From Escherichia coli (GTDB lineage: Bacteria; Pseudomonadota; Gammaproteobacteria; Enterobacterales; Enterobacteriaceae), in NCBI RefSeq assembly GCF_003334255.1, contig NZ_QOWU01000039.1: 49,222 nt of DNA. One strand, given 5' to 3'. Position 1 is the stretch's first letter; each line of letters starts with the position of its first letter. The position numbers and the translations under genes are program-made. Below are positions 20,279 through 31,873 of the stretch, in pieces. Under the pieces are notes generated by a model. The model did not search any database and had not been told where the DNA came from. It saw only the letters and a program-made list of their open reading frames with translations.

Positions 20279-21469
20279 TCACCGTTTTTTCGGCCGACTG
20301 GCGTACAGACAGAAGAGAATGGAGCTGGTTGCGCAGAATGCAATTGACCAAATCATCGGCCATGCAGAGTTAAAGGTCGCAAGAGAAAGCAATGCGCCAA
20401 CAATTGCCCCTATGCCAAAACGGAAGGTTCCTGCCAGCGAAGATGCCGTTCCCGCCATATGGGGAAACTCATCAAGAATGACCGCCATCGCATTGGATGA
20501 CACCATCGACACGCAGCCCACAAACGCCGCAACGCCAACCACCAGCGACCAAAATCCCAGCCCCAGCAGCGCACTGATGACCATCCACGCTGCCATAATA
20601 AATTGTATCCACAACCCCGAGCGGAACATATTTAACGCGCCAATGCGGCGGACGAAGCGGCTGTTAAAGATGGTCATCACGAACAGAAAAACAATGTTTA
20701 GCGCAAAGTAATAACCAAAGTTTTCCGGCGCGACGTGGTTAATTTCAATATAAACAAACGGTCCGGCGCTTAAGAATGAGAACATCCCGGCAAAGCTGAA
20801 ACCACTGGCAAGCATGTAGCTCAGGACACGTTTATGGCGGAACAGCGCCGCAAAGTTACCAATAGTGGTACGAATGTGAAATGGCTGACGACGCTCCGGT
20901 GGTAAGGTTTCTTTAATCAGGAAGAAAATCATTGCCGAAGCCAGAATCGCCGCTAATGCCAGGATCCAGAAGATGTAATGCCAGCTCAGCCACACCAGCA
21001 CCCAGCCGCCAACTATCGGTGCCATCAGCGGTGCAATGGTTGTCACCAGCATGACAAACGACATCATCCGCGAGAACTCTTCTTTCGGGTAAATATCGCG
21101 CATCAGGGCGTTAATGACCACGCTGGCCGCAGCCGCAGCCAGCCCGTGGAAGAAACGCATCACAATCAGCTGATCGATGGTGTTTGCCAACGCACACGCC
21201 ACCGCGGCGGCGGCAAACACCAGCGTACCGCCGAGCACCACCGGCTTACGCCCGAAGCTGTCTGCCATCGGCCCGTAGATTAACTGCCCCAACGCAAAGC
21301 CCAGAATATAAGTACTGAGGGTCATCTGCGTACTGCCCGCCGGTACGCCAAACTGCGCTGAAATTACCGGTAGCGCGGGCAGATACATATCAATCGACAG
21401 CGGCATCAACATGGCCAGCAGGCCAAGGATAAAAACAATAGCAAACGACGAATGCTGTCGGGTGGTCAC
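20279..21469 (-). CDS. bcr: MFS multidrug efflux transporter (bicyclomycin/sulfonamide resistance)
   Basis: 396-aa ORF; 12-TM MFS pattern; synteny. Confidence 0.9.
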
Positions 21470-21496
21470 AACGGGCTCCTGAAAGTCATTGAAAAG

Positions 21497-22192
21497 TTAG
21501 ACGACGCTGGCAATTTCTTCTTCAGTTAACGGACGATATTCACCGGGGGCTAAATCAGCATCCAGCGTAATACCGCCAATACGTTCACGATGCAGCTCAA
21601 CCACGTGGTTACCCACGGCGGCGAACATGCGTTTCACCTGATGATAACGCCCTTCGCTGATGGTCAGACGAACCTGCGTTGGGGTAATCACTTCCAGCAC
21701 CGCAGGCTTAGTGAGATCTTTTTCGTTATGCAGCTGCACGCCTTTAGCAAATTGCTCTGCCGTATCGTCAGCTACAGGTGATTCCAGTGTCACCAGATAG
21801 GTCTTCTCGCAATGATGGCGCGGAGAAGTAATGCGGTGCGACCACTGACCATCATCAGTCATCAGCACCAGACCGGTGGTATCAATATCCAACCGCCCCG
21901 CCGCATGCAGTTTCCACGCTACCGGTTCATCAAGAAAATAGAGCACCGTTGGGTGATCAGGGTCGTCCGTGGAGCAAACATAGCCCTGAGGCTTATTGAG
22001 CATGAAGTAACGTGGACCGTGTTGCTGCGCCAGCGGGTTGCCATCGTAAGCGACATCATGTTCAGGAAGCAGTTTGAACGCTGCATTACGGACGATTTCG
22101 CCATCGACGGTGACACGATTGCCGCGGATTTCACGCCCGGCAATAGCACGGCTAACGCCGAGTTGCTGTGCGATAAATTTATCAAGTCGCAT
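21497..22192 (-). CDS. rsuA: 16S rRNA pseudouridine(516) synthase
   Basis: 231-aa ORF; S4 domain N-terminus and RsuA-family catalytic region. Confidence 0.9.
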
Positions 22193-22340
22193 GTGTGTGA
22201 TTTTGCCTGTAAAAACGGAGGTCGGGCATTGACCCGAAAATCTGAACTGTTGTCTGCCCAGTATAGCGGTCTAATAACATCCCTCAAGGGAAAAAGATCC
22301 ATGGCATACTATTAGCAGAATAATCTACCTACGCGAGACC

Positions 22341-24101
22341 ATGATTTTTACACTTCGCCCATATCAGCAAGAAGCCGTGGATGCCACGCTCAACCATTTT
22401 CGTCGTCATAAAACCCCTGCCGTTATCGTGCTGCCCACCGGCGCAGGTAAAAGCCTGGTGATAGCGGAACTGGCACGGCTGGCTCGTGGTCGCGTGCTGG
22501 TGCTGGCACACGTTAAAGAACTGGTGGCGCAAAACCATGCAAAGTATCAGGCGCTGGGGCTGGAAGCCGATATTTTTGCCGCCGGGCTAAAGCGCAAAGA
22601 GAGCCACGGTAAAGTGGTATTTGGCAGCGTGCAGTCTGTCGCCCGTAATCTTGATGCCTTTCAGGGTGAATTTTCGCTGTTGATTGTCGATGAATGTCAC
22701 CGTATTGGTGACGATGAAGAGAGCCAGTATCAGCAAATCCTCACTCACCTGACAAAAGTGAATCCCCACTTACGCCTGCTGGGGCTGACTGCCACGCCTT
22801 TTCGATTGGGCAAAGGCTGGATCTACCAGTTTCATTATCACGGCATGGTACGCGGCGATGAGAAAGCCCTTTTCCGTGACTGCATTTATGAGCTGCCGCT
22901 GCGTTATATGATTAAACACGGCTATCTGACGCCGCCAGAACGACTGGATATGCCAGTAGTGCAATACGATTTCAGCCGCTTGCAGGCACAGAGTAACGGG
23001 CTGTTCAGCGAAGCCGATCTCAACCGTGAGCTGAAAAAACAACAACGTATTACCCCGCACATCATCAGCCAGATTATGGAGTTTGCTGCAACGCGCAAAG
23101 GGGTGATGATTTTTGCCGCGACGGTTGAACACGCAAAAGAGATTGTGGGATTACTGCCTGCCGAAGATTCAGCACTGATTACTGGCGACACCCCCGGCGC
23201 TGAGCGCGATGTGTTAATTGAAAATTTTAAAGCCCAGCGTTTTCGCTATCTGGTCAACGTCGCGGTACTGACCACCGGATTTGACGCCCCGCACGTCGAT
23301 CTTATCGCCATTCTGCGCCCTACCGAATCAGTGAGTCTTTACCAACAAATTGTCGGGCGCGGTCTGCGTCTCGCTCCGGGCAAGACTGATTGCTTAATTC
23401 TTGATTATGCGGGTAATCCTCACGATCTCTACGCGCCGGAAGTTGGTACACCAAAAGGCAAAAGTGACAACGTTCCGGTACAGGTTTTCTGCCCTGCCTG
23501 CGGTTTTGCCAACACCTTTTGGGGGAAAACGACCGCCGACGGGACATTGATTGAACACTTTGGTCGTCGCTGTCAGGGATGGTTTGAAGATGACGACGGT
23601 CATCGCGAACAATGTGACTTCCGTTTCCGTTTTAAAAATTGCCCGCAATGTAACGCGGAAAACGATATTGCCGCCCGCCGCTGCCGCGAATGTGACACCG
23701 TACTGGTTGATCCGGACGATATGTTAAAAGCGGCGCTACGACTGAAAGACGCGCTGGTATTACGCTGTAGCGGCATGTCTTTGCAACATGGGCACGACGA
23801 GAAAGGCGAATGGTTGAAAATCACCTATTACGATGAAGACGGCGCGGATGTGAGTGAGCGTTTCCGTCTGCAAACACCTGCCCAGCGTACCGCCTTCGAG
23901 CAGCTTTTTATCCGCCCGCATACGCGCACACCGGGCATCCCGCTGCGCTGGATCACCGCCGCCGATATCCTCGCCCAGCAAGCCTTATTGCGACACCCGG
24001 ATTTTGTCGTCGCCCGCATGAAAGGCCAGTACTGGCAGGTGCGTGAAAAAGTGTTCGATTACGAAGGTCGTTTTCGTCTGGCGCACGAATTACGCGGTTA
24101 A
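22341..24101 (+). CDS. radD: Superfamily-2 helicase-like DNA repair protein RadD (YejH)
   Basis: 586-aa ORF; Walker A GAGKS, DEAH-like DECH box, C-terminal zinc-ribbon cysteines. Confidence 0.9.
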   Translation: MIFTLRPYQQEAVDATLNHFRRHKTPAVIVLPTGAGKSLVIAELARLARGRVLVLAHVKELVAQNHAKYQALGLEADIFAAGLKRKESHGKVVFGSVQSVARNLDAFQGEFSLLIVDECHRIGDDEESQYQQILTHLTKVNPHLRLLGLTATPFRLGKGWIYQFHYHGMVRGDEKALFRDCIYELPLRYMIKHGYLTPPERLDMPVVQYDFSRLQAQSNGLFSEADLNRELKKQQRITPHIISQIMEFAATRKGVMIFAATVEHAKEIVGLLPAEDSALITGDTPGAERDVLIENFKAQRFRYLVNVAVLTTGFDAPHVDLIAILRPTESVSLYQQIVGRGLRLAPGKTDCLILDYAGNPHDLYAPEVGTPKGKSDNVPVQVFCPACGFANTFWGKTTADGTLIEHFGRRCQGWFEDDDGHREQCDFRFRFKNCPQCNAENDIAARRCRECDTVLVDPDDMLKAALRLKDALVLRCSGMSLQHGHDEKGEWLKITYYDEDGADVSERFRLQTPAQRTAFEQLFIRPHTRTPGIPLRWITAADILAQQALLRHPDFVVARMKGQYWQVREKVFDYEGRFRLAHELRG

Positions 24102-24117
24102 TGGTAGTTTTGATTGA

Positions 24118-24510
<393 letters not shown>

Positions 24511-24526
24511 TTGCTGAATAAGTTGT

Positions 24527-24556
24527 AAAAAACCCCGCTCCGGCGGGGTTTTTTGT
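24527..24556 (+). terminator. Intrinsic terminator after rplY
   Basis: Stem CCCCGC/GCGGGG, loop TCCG, followed by TTTTTTG. Confidence 0.8.
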
Positions 24557-24598
24557 ATCTGCAGATTATGCCTGATTACGGTATTGCTATTTTTTGCA

Positions 24599-24629
24599 GG
24601 CCAGATAAGGCGTTCACGCCGCATCTGGC
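24599..24629. repeat. REP element (GGCCAGATAAGGCGTTCACGCCGCATCTGGC)
   Basis: Matches the canonical E. coli REP palindromic unit. Confidence 0.7.
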
Positions 24630-24648
24630 ATTCAGAACACAAAACCGA

Positions 24649-25656
24649 TTAATTGCCGCCAGACGTCCGGCGCTGCAATTGGTCGCGCAAATTCGGCGGC
24701 GTGCCTTTAATGGTCAAGGTATCGGTTGCTGGATCCCAGAAGATGCGTTCACCTAACAGCATCGCATCAAAGTTAATAGTCAAGCCACCGCCGCTACCGG
24801 CAAACTTCGTCAACTGACGCAGTGTGCTACGGTCTGCCGGGAAGCTCTCTTCCAGTTCGTAGCCTTTTTCAGCCGCAAACTCCGTGAAGCTCACTTCGCT
24901 TACGCCTGCCAGCTCTTTCGACAGCGATTTCAGTTCGATCTCTTCGCCTGCCTGCAGCTGCTCATTACAGTAGCTATAAACCTGCTGGCGCACGTTCTGT
25001 CGCTCTGCTTTATCCAGTTGTGCTTCGGCAGTGAAATCATCAACCGCTTGCAACAGCCCACGGTTTTGCGCTTTCGCGTTTAACCCTTCGCTGGCCCCGA
25101 GGAAATCCATAAAGAAATCCGCCACTTTGCGCCCTACTCGCCCTTTCAGGAAAGTGAGATAGCGGGTGGACTCTGGATTGGTTTCCCATTCGGTTAAATC
25201 GATACGCGCAACAATATCCGCATGATTGATATCAAGATAATGGGTTGGGTTGATGTCGAGATTTTCGTTAACGCGCATACTGCTCAGGTTGCTCAGAACT
25301 GCCACCAGCAAATACTCCACCGCCAGATAGCGATAGTGGCAAAACAGCACGAATCCACCGTCAGCAAAAGGATATTTCGCTAATTCGTCACGCAGGCGGC
25401 CGGTTGCCGCGCGGCTAAATGCCAGGAAGTCCTCTTCGCCCTGACGCTGTAAGCGCAGCGTCTGCGCCAGTTCACTCTCTTCGCTAAACAAGCCGTAAGC
25501 TTTATTTTTGGCGCTATAGACCCGATGCAGTTCTGCCACCATCTCAACGACGGTTTCTGTCGGTTCCAGCAATGAATCGCGCAACACCAGCTCAAGGTTC
25601 TGCTCATCACGCTTGATAAGCTGGTGCAGAGCAATCTGGTTGATATCCAGACTCAT
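24649..25656 (-). CDS. ndpA: Nucleoid-associated protein NdpA (YejK)
   Basis: 335-aa ORF; start [19 protein letters not shown]; synteny. Confidence 0.9.
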   Translation of the reverse strand: MSLDINQIALHQLIKRDEQNLELVLRDSLLEPTETVVEMVAELHRVYSAKNKAYGLFSEESELAQTLRLQRQGEEDFLAFSRAATGRLRDELAKYPFADGGFVLFCHYRYLAVEYLLVAVLSNLSSMRVNENLDINPTHYLDINHADIVARIDLTEWETNPESTRYLTFLKGRVGRKVADFFMDFLGASEGLNAKAQNRGLLQAVDDFTAEAQLDKAERQNVRQQVYSYCNEQLQAGEEIELKSLSKELAGVSEVSFTEFAAEKGYELEESFPADRSTLRQLTKFAGSGGGLTINFDAMLLGERIFWDPATDTLTIKGTPPNLRDQLQRRTSGGN

Positions 25657-25837
25657 GATAAACTCTCCTTTAAGACCGGGCGGTATTCAACCACCGCCGG
25701 TTAAGCGACGCAATAAAAGATGGCGGTCATTTTACAGAAGGCAGCGTAACGAGAATGATTTAACGCATAAAAAAGCAGAAAAAAAACCGTTGCTACGGTA
25801 ATATGTTGCCCTTTCATCAACTAACTGATTTCGATTT

Positions 25838-26065
25838 ATGCCACAAATTTCCCGCTACAGTGATGAACAGGTTGAACAATTGCTCGCAGAGCTGCTCAAC
25901 GTACTGGAAAAACATAAGGCTCCGACCGACCTTTCCCTGATGGTGTTAGGCAACATGGTCACTAACCTTATCAACACCAGCATTGCCCCGGCCCAACGCC
26001 AGGCAATTGCCAACTCTTTTGCCCGCGCCTTACAGTCCTCTATCAACGAAGACAAAGCGCACTAA
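25838..26065 (+). CDS. yejL: UPF0352 protein YejL
   Basis: 75-aa ORF directly upstream of yejM. Confidence 0.85.
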
Positions 26066-26084
26066 GGGAAACAGATAACAGGTT

Positions 26085-27845
26085 ATGGTAACTCATCGTC
26101 AGCGCTACCGTGAAAAAGTCTCCCAGATGGTCAGTTGGGGGCACTGGTTTGCACTGTTCAATATTCTGCTTTCGCTCGTCATTGGCAGCCGTTACCTGTT
26201 TATCGCCGACTGGCCGACAACGCTTGCTGGTCGCATTTATTCCTACGTAAGCATTATCGGCCATTTCAGCTTCCTGGTGTTCGCCACCTACTTGCTGATC
26301 CTCTTCCCGCTGACCTTTATCGTCGGCTCCCAGAGGCTGATGAGGTTTTTGTCCGTCATTCTGGCAACGGCGGGAATGACGCTATTACTGATCGATAGCG
26401 AAGTCTTTACTCGTTTCCATCTCCATCTTAATCCCATCGTCTGGCAACTGGTTATCAACCCAGACGAAAATGAGATGGCGCGCGACTGGCAGCTGATGTT
26501 CATCAGCGTGCCGGTTATTTTATTGCTTGAACTGGTGTTTGCGACGTGGAGCTGGCAAAAGCTGCGCAGCCTGACGCGTCGTCGACGCTTCGCGCGCCCG
26601 CTGGCCGCATTCTTATTTATCGCCTTTATCGCCTCGCATGTGGTGTATATCTGGGCCGATGCCAACTTCTATCGCCCGATCACCATGCAGCGCGCTAACC
26701 TGCCGCTTTCGTACCCGATGACGGCGCGACGTTTTCTTGAGAAGCATGGTCTGCTTGATGCGCAGGAGTATCAACGCCGTCTTATTGAGCAAGGTAATCC
26801 AGACGCCGTTTCCGTTCAGTATCCGTTAAGCGAACTGCGCTATCGCGATATGGGCACCGGGCAGAATGTGCTGTTGATTACTGTCGATGGCCTGAACTAC
26901 TCACGCTTCGAGAAGCAGATGCCTGCGCTGGCAGGTTTTGCTGAGCAAAATATTTCGTTCACGCGCCATATGAGCTCCGGCAACACTACAGACAACGGCA
27001 TCTTTGGCCTGTTCTATGGCATCTCGCCGAGCTATATGGACGGCATTCTGTCGACCCGTACGCCTGCGGCATTAATTACTGCGCTTAATCAGCAAGGCTA
27101 TCAGCTGGGGTTATTCTCATCAGATGGCTTTACCAGCCCGCTGTATCGCCAGGCATTGTTGTCAGATTTCTCGATGCCGAGCGTACGCACCCAATCCGAC
27201 GAGCAGACCGCCACGCAGTGGATCAACTGGCTGGGACGCTACGCACAAGAAGATAACCGCTGGTTCTCGTGGGTTTCTTTCAATGGTACTAACATTGACG
27301 ACAGCAATCAGCAGGCATTTGCACGGAAATATAGCCGGGCGGCAGGCAATGTCGATGACCAGATCAACCGCGTGCTCAATGCACTGCGTGATTCTGGCAA
27401 ACTGGACAATACGGTGGTGATTATCACTGCCGGTCGGGGTATTCCACTGAGCGAAGAGGAAGAAACCTTTGACTGGTCCCACGGTCATCTGCAGGTGCCA
27501 TTAGTGATTCACTGGCCAGGCACGCCGGCGCAGCGTATTAATGCTCTGACTGATCATACCGATCTGATGACGACGCTGATGCAACGCCTGCTACATGTCA
27601 GCATACCTGCCAGCGAATATTCGCAAGGTCAGGATTTGTTCAACCCTCAACGCCGTCATTACTGGGTTACCGCAGCGGATAACGATACGCTGGCAATTAC
27701 CACCCCGAAAAAGACGCTGGTACTGAACAATAACGGTAAATACCGCACTTACAACTTACGTGGTGAAAGAGTGAAAGATGAAAAACCACAGTTAAGTTTG
27801 TTATTGCAAGTGCTGACAGACGAGAAGCGTTTTATCGCTAACTGA
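26085..27845 (+). CDS. yejM: Inner-membrane protein YejM (PbgA/LapC): N-terminal TM domain plus periplasmic sulfatase-like domain
   Basis: 586-aa ORF; N-terminal hydrophobic helices; synteny upstream of proL. Confidence 0.9.
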   Translation: MVTHRQRYREKVSQMVSWGHWFALFNILLSLVIGSRYLFIADWPTTLAGRIYSYVSIIGHFSFLVFATYLLILFPLTFIVGSQRLMRFLSVILATAGMTLLLIDSEVFTRFHLHLNPIVWQLVINPDENEMARDWQLMFISVPVILLLELVFATWSWQKLRSLTRRRRFARPLAAFLFIAFIASHVVYIWADANFYRPITMQRANLPLSYPMTARRFLEKHGLLDAQEYQRRLIEQGNPDAVSVQYPLSELRYRDMGTGQNVLLITVDGLNYSRFEKQMPALAGFAEQNISFTRHMSSGNTTDNGIFGLFYGISPSYMDGILSTRTPAALITALNQQGYQLGLFSSDGFTSPLYRQALLSDFSMPSVRTQSDEQTATQWINWLGRYAQEDNRWFSWVSFNGTNIDDSNQQAFARKYSRAAGNVDDQINRVLNALRDSGKLDNTVVIITAGRGIPLSEEEETFDWSHGHLQVPLVIHWPGTPAQRINALTDHTDLMTTLMQRLLHVSIPASEYSQGQDLFNPQRRHYWVTAADNDTLAITTPKKTLVLNNNGKYRTYNLRGERVKDEKPQLSLLLQVLTDEKRFIAN

Positions 27846-27877
27846 TTAATTATAAATCAGTTAGCGAAATATCTTAC

Positions 27878-27905
27878 TTGCAATCGGTGTGGAAAACGGT
27901 AGTAT
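27878..27905 (+). promoter_or_regulatory. Putative sigma-70 promoter of proL (TTGCAA -16 bp- TAGTAT)
   Basis: Hexamers read directly, 16-bp spacing, about 15 nt upstream of the tRNA 5' end; AT-rich UP-like region upstream. Confidence 0.4.
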
Positions 27906-27919
27906 TAGCAGCCACGAGT

Positions 27920-27996
27920 CGGCACGTAGCGCAGCCTGGTAGCGCACCGTCATGGGGTGTCGGGGGTCGGAGGTTCAAATCCTCTCGTGCCGACCA
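27920..27996 (+). tRNA. proL: tRNA-Pro (anticodon GGG)
   Basis: 77 nt CGGCACG...CGUGCCGACCA; acceptor stem pairs 7 of 7; T-loop GGTTCAAATCC; anticodon loop AUGGGGU; encoded CCA. Confidence 0.95.
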
Positions 27997-28004
27997 AAAA
28001 TCCC

Positions 28005-28037
28005 AAGAAAAAACCAACCCTTACGGTTGGTTTTTTT
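28005..28037. terminator. Bidirectional intrinsic terminator between proL and yejO
   Basis: Stem CCAACC/GGTTGG, loop CTTAC, flanked by A-run upstream and T-run downstream. Confidence 0.7.
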
Positions 28038-28098
28038 ATATCTGCAATTAATTCGATAAACAGACCGTGACACATCACAGCCTGTTTATTTTCTGTTA

Positions 28099-30690
28099 TC
28101 AGAACGTCCAGACCACACCCGCCTGAGTATTCCACGGCGATTCTACCCCTGCGCCATTGCCATAGCTGACTGACAAATGACCGCTTAACGTCGGGGTAAA
28201 CGATGACCTTATACCAGCCTGATAAACGCCACTGGTTCCAGCCACATCATTATTAAATTTGCCATCGTCATTAACTTTCACCTGGTTAGAATCGGCGTAT
28301 TCCTGACGCACGGCCGCTTTCAGCCAGGGTTCCAGCGTCGTACCGTTTTGCAGGTCCATGTGATAGCTTACCGCCGTTCCCGCTTCAGCGCGTAATATCC
28401 GGGTATTTCCCACATCCGCGCGCATGCCGTTTGATAACGTGTAGTCCTGACCATCTGTGGTAAAGCCGGTAAAGGCCAGATAGGGTCTAACACTCCACAA
28501 TCCGTCAACCCAACGGAACCCGCTCTCAACATGAGCACCCGCGCCGTTACTATTGTAATCGCCAAACGCTGTTGCCCCATTACTCATCTTGCCATGGATG
28601 GTGTTGGCAAAACGGTCAACTTTCACCACCCCATCAACATAGGCACCGTTCTGATGCTCCCAACCGGCATAAGCCCCCAGGGTATAGCTATCGATATTAC
28701 CTTTGCCGCCGCGATCAAAACCAATATCAGAATGAGAGTAACCAAAGATCAAGCCGCAAATTGTACTGCTTTCTTCACGGGAGAAACGGCTATCGATACC
28801 GAGCGTCAGGCCCGTCAATGTTTGCTCAAAACCAGCTCCCGCATCAGTGGTCACGTTGTTGCGGGTGTTAATTGCCGAACTCCACATCGCCGTATCGTAA
28901 CTAACGCCTTTTACGCTACCAAGACGCTCACGCACGGTGTCCAGTTCTGCATCAAATACCAGCGGTTGTGCGGCCGCCATATTCAGCACATCAGTGGTTG
29001 AAGGGGTAATTTGCGCGCGATTCTCTGCCAGACTCCAGCTATGGTTGCCATTATCCAGCAAGGTATATTCATACGTACCGATATCAACAACGCCTCCGGC
29101 ATTGCCCAACGTAAATGCAGCATCACCGCCGCCCGTTGTTACCAGTGTAAGGCTATCTCCTGCTGCCGGGCTGGCACCGGTGTCCGTCACGAATATTTTG
29201 AAATCACCTGTTGCCTGACCGGTGACGTTGAGCTGATCGCTCTGATGATTAGCCATATCGGTACGCATATAAAAATTGCCGTTTCCCGACAGGGTATTGG
29301 TGGTCAACGTAATGAAATTTTCCGCACTTGCCGTCACTGATGAACGAGTCACTGGCTCATCCATCATAATCACATTTGCGTCAGACATCGCAAGGTTGGC
29401 TAAGTTGAGGAGGGTGTTTTGGTTCGTCGTAGTGATATCGGCAATGATGGTCCATACGCTATTTTCGAGCGAAACGTCCGCTTTGCTGGTATCCACGGCA
29501 CCATGCGTTCTAAAAGAAGCGCCCTCAGAAACCACTACCTTACCCACCAACATTGCGGGTGCATAATTTATTTGCGGCTTCATGACCTCAAGAATGCCAT
29601 CATTCCCTCTGACTGAAACGTTAACCATTGTGCCAGCCCAGACGTTAGCGCGGCCATTGTTGATAACCATATTTTCAGAGATGGCTTTTGAGGAATACGT
29701 GATACTTCCATTCTGATATGATCGACCGAGATCATATACCGCATTTGCCTGCACTTTCGTACCAGTATCCTTTCCCAGCGATTGCATAGTGGCATGCTTA
29801 TCAAGGATAGTATCAATGGCCTGCGTGTCCTCCATAACAATGAGCCCGGAACCATCATCCAGTTCATAATTTTTTGACACACCATCTTTTATACTAAATT
29901 GGCCTTTACTGTTTGGACCACTCACTTCCAGCGCATTCGTTGAGACAATTAATTTTCCGCCTGCTTTTTTATCAACGCCAGTTACAGTCCCGCCATCCAT
30001 AACCTCCAGTAAGCCGCCACTATCTACAGTGGTATTATAAGCGAAGTCATTTTCTTCAACTCGCAAACTTCCGCCGTTTTCCAACAACATATTATTAGCA
30101 ATACCATTCTTGATATCGAACTGACCGAGACGGTTTGTTCCGAATACCTCCATGGCCCGCGTGGTTGTTTTAATAGCACCGCCTGCTTTCTGATCTACCG
30201 CAAATGCAAATCCCCCCTCTTTAACCTCCAGTAGTCCTCCCTTTTCGATAGCGACAAAGACGGCCCCCCCATCTTTTTCAACGATTAAGCGCCCGCCTTT
30301 AATCGTGGTATCATTCGCTGCGCCATAAACCTGTAGCACACCATTATTGAGCGTAGTCTGGTTTGCCGCGCCACCCATTTGAACAATTTGATAACCGTCA
30401 TTTAATACTGAGTATTCTGCGGCGCCATTCATTTCAATGTACTGATACCCTCCGTTAATTTCAGTATTATTACTTACACCAAATTCTTTTATATGCTGTT
30501 CTCCGCCAGGATTGATTTTCGTATTATTGGCGGTCCCATAAACCAGCTGGATATCTTTTTCCAGGACAACACCATCAACTGTCTCACCATACTCAACAGT
30601 TGATGCCAATGCTATGGGTGAATATAACGCTGTAGCCACCAGAACAGATATTGCGGAACGACAAAGAGAAACAGAACCAGATTGATGCAT
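28099..30690 (-). CDS. yejO: Autotransporter (type Va) adhesin-like outer-membrane protein; intact 863-aa ORF
   Basis: N-terminal signal peptide; repetitive Gly/Asn-rich beta-helix passenger; C-terminal beta-barrel ending ...GVVWTF; lower GC than neighbours. Confidence 0.85.
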   Translation of the reverse strand: MHQSGSVSLCRSAISVLVATALYSPIALASTVEYGETVDGVVLEKDIQLVYGTANNTKINPGGEQHIKEFGVSNNTEINGGYQYIEMNGAAEYSVLNDGYQIVQMGGAANQTTLNNGVLQVYGAANDTTIKGGRLIVEKDGGAVFVAIEKGGLLEVKEGGFAFAVDQKAGGAIKTTTRAMEVFGTNRLGQFDIKNGIANNMLLENGGSLRVEENDFAYNTTVDSGGLLEVMDGGTVTGVDKKAGGKLIVSTNALEVSGPNSKGQFSIKDGVSKNYELDDGSGLIVMEDTQAIDTILDKHATMQSLGKDTGTKVQANAVYDLGRSYQNGSITYSSKAISENMVINNGRANVWAGTMVNVSVRGNDGILEVMKPQINYAPAMLVGKVVVSEGASFRTHGAVDTSKADVSLENSVWTIIADITTTNQNTLLNLANLAMSDANVIMMDEPVTRSSVTASAENFITLTTNTLSGNGNFYMRTDMANHQSDQLNVTGQATGDFKIFVTDTGASPAAGDSLTLVTTGGGDAAFTLGNAGGVVDIGTYEYTLLDNGNHSWSLAENRAQITPSTTDVLNMAAAQPLVFDAELDTVRERLGSVKGVSYDTAMWSSAINTRNNVTTDAGAGFEQTLTGLTLGIDSRFSREESSTICGLIFGYSHSDIGFDRGGKGNIDSYTLGAYAGWEHQNGAYVDGVVKVDRFANTIHGKMSNGATAFGDYNSNGAGAHVESGFRWVDGLWSVRPYLAFTGFTTDGQDYTLSNGMRADVGNTRILRAEAGTAVSYHMDLQNGTTLEPWLKAAVRQEYADSNQVKVNDDGKFNNDVAGTSGVYQAGIRSSFTPTLSGHLSVSYGNGAGVESPWNTQAGVVWTF

Positions 30691-31009
30691 TGAGCTTTCA
30701 TCCTATGAAATTAATTGCTGTTAAAAGCATTGGGTACAGAAAATACCCATAGCTCCATACCCGGAGTCAGTTTTTAAAAACTGTTTAAAGAAATGCACAA
30801 GTATTGTGATTGATTTTTTAGTTGTTTTTCTTGATGAGAAGCTGATGCAAAATTCCGTCTTTATAATGAAAATGATGCCAAAGCGAACGACAAGGTTGTA
30901 GTTTTCACTACATGTCCATACATAAAATGGGGTAACATTCACGCGCCTGGTAGCGTTACCAACGCTACGCTCAAACATAATGATTCTAATAAAACCTCAG
31001 GAGACTACT

Positions 31010-31657
31010 ATGCCTGAAGCAACGCCTTTTCAGGTGATGATTGTGGATGATCATCCACTTATGCGACGCGGTGTTCGTCAGTTACTGGAGCTTGATCCTG
31101 GCTTTGAAGTGGTCGCCGAAGCGGGCGACGGCGCGAGCGCTATCGATCTGGCGAATAGACTGGATATCGACGTGATCTTGCTGGATCTCAATATGAAAGG
31201 TATGAGTGGCCTGGATACTCTCAATGCCTTGCGCAGGGATGGCGTTACCGCGCAAATTATTATCCTGACCGTATCCGATGCCTCCAGCGATGTCTTTGCG
31301 CTGATAGACGCAGGCGCAGACGGTTATCTGTTGAAAGACAGCGACCCGGAAGTATTGCTGGAAGCGATTCGTGCCGGAGCGAAAGGCAGCAAAGTCTTTA
31401 GCGAACGCGTCAATCAGTACTTACGTGAACGTGAAATGTTTGGCGCGGAAGAAGATCCCTTCAGCGTGCTGACGGAGCGCGAGCTGGATGTTCTGCACGA
31501 GCTGGCACAGGGGCTGTCAAATAAACAGATTGCCTCGGTGTTGAATATTTCCGAGCAGACAGTAAAAGTACATATTCGCAATCTGCTGCGTAAACTCAAT
31601 GTCCGCTCACGCGTGGCGGCCACCATTCTGTTCCTGCAACAACGCGGGGCACAATAA
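31010..31657 (+). CDS. narP: Nitrate/nitrite response regulator NarP (NarL/FixJ family), 215 aa
   Basis: Start MPEATPFQVMIVDDHPLMRRG at 31010; receiver domain plus LuxR-type HTH. Confidence 0.95.
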   Translation: MPEATPFQVMIVDDHPLMRRGVRQLLELDPGFEVVAEAGDGASAIDLANRLDIDVILLDLNMKGMSGLDTLNALRRDGVTAQIIILTVSDASSDVFALIDAGADGYLLKDSDPEVLLEAIRAGAKGSKVFSERVNQYLREREMFGAEEDPFSVLTERELDVLHELAQGLSNKQIASVLNISEQTVKVHIRNLLRKLNVRSRVAATILFLQQRGAQ

Positions 31658-31710
31658 AAATAGCCCGATGGATTTATCATCGGGCTGAGATTTATGACAA
31701 ACGCAAAACT

Positions 31711-31809
31711 GCCTGATGCGCTACGCTTATCAGGCCTACGTGGATCGATCAATTTATTGAATTTACACAATTTTGTAGGCCGGATAAGGCGTTCACGCCG
31801 CATCCGGCA
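31711..31809. repeat. Pair of REP elements (BIME-like) in the narP 3' UTR, flanked by two similar hairpins (31662-31686 and 31839-31861)
   Basis: GCCTGATGCGCTACGCTTATCAGGCCTAC and GTAGGCCGGATAAGGCGTTCACGCCGCATCCGGC. Confidence 0.75.
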
Positions 31810-31838
31810 TAAACTAAGCGCACTTTGTCAACAGTCTA

Positions 31839-31873
31839 GCCCGATGGCATCACCATCGGGCCTCTTTTTATTT
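31839..31873 (+). terminator. Intrinsic terminator, probably for narP; its T-tract overlaps the ccmH stop codon
   Basis: Stem GCCCGATGG/CCATCGGGC, loop CATCA, followed by CTCTTTTTATTT. Confidence 0.6.

Noticed and set aside
27846-31009. Possible genomic island or prophage integrated at tRNA-Pro (proL)
   Set aside because: No integrase, no direct repeat of the tRNA 3' end and no phage genes; only the single autotransporter gene yejO lies between proL and narP
30691-31009. Inverted repeat GGTAAC-N18-GTTACC and AT-rich tract in the yejO/narP divergent spacer, considered as a possible IS scar
   Set aside because: Too short and without recognisable IS terminal repeats or target duplication; more likely ordinary promoter sequence
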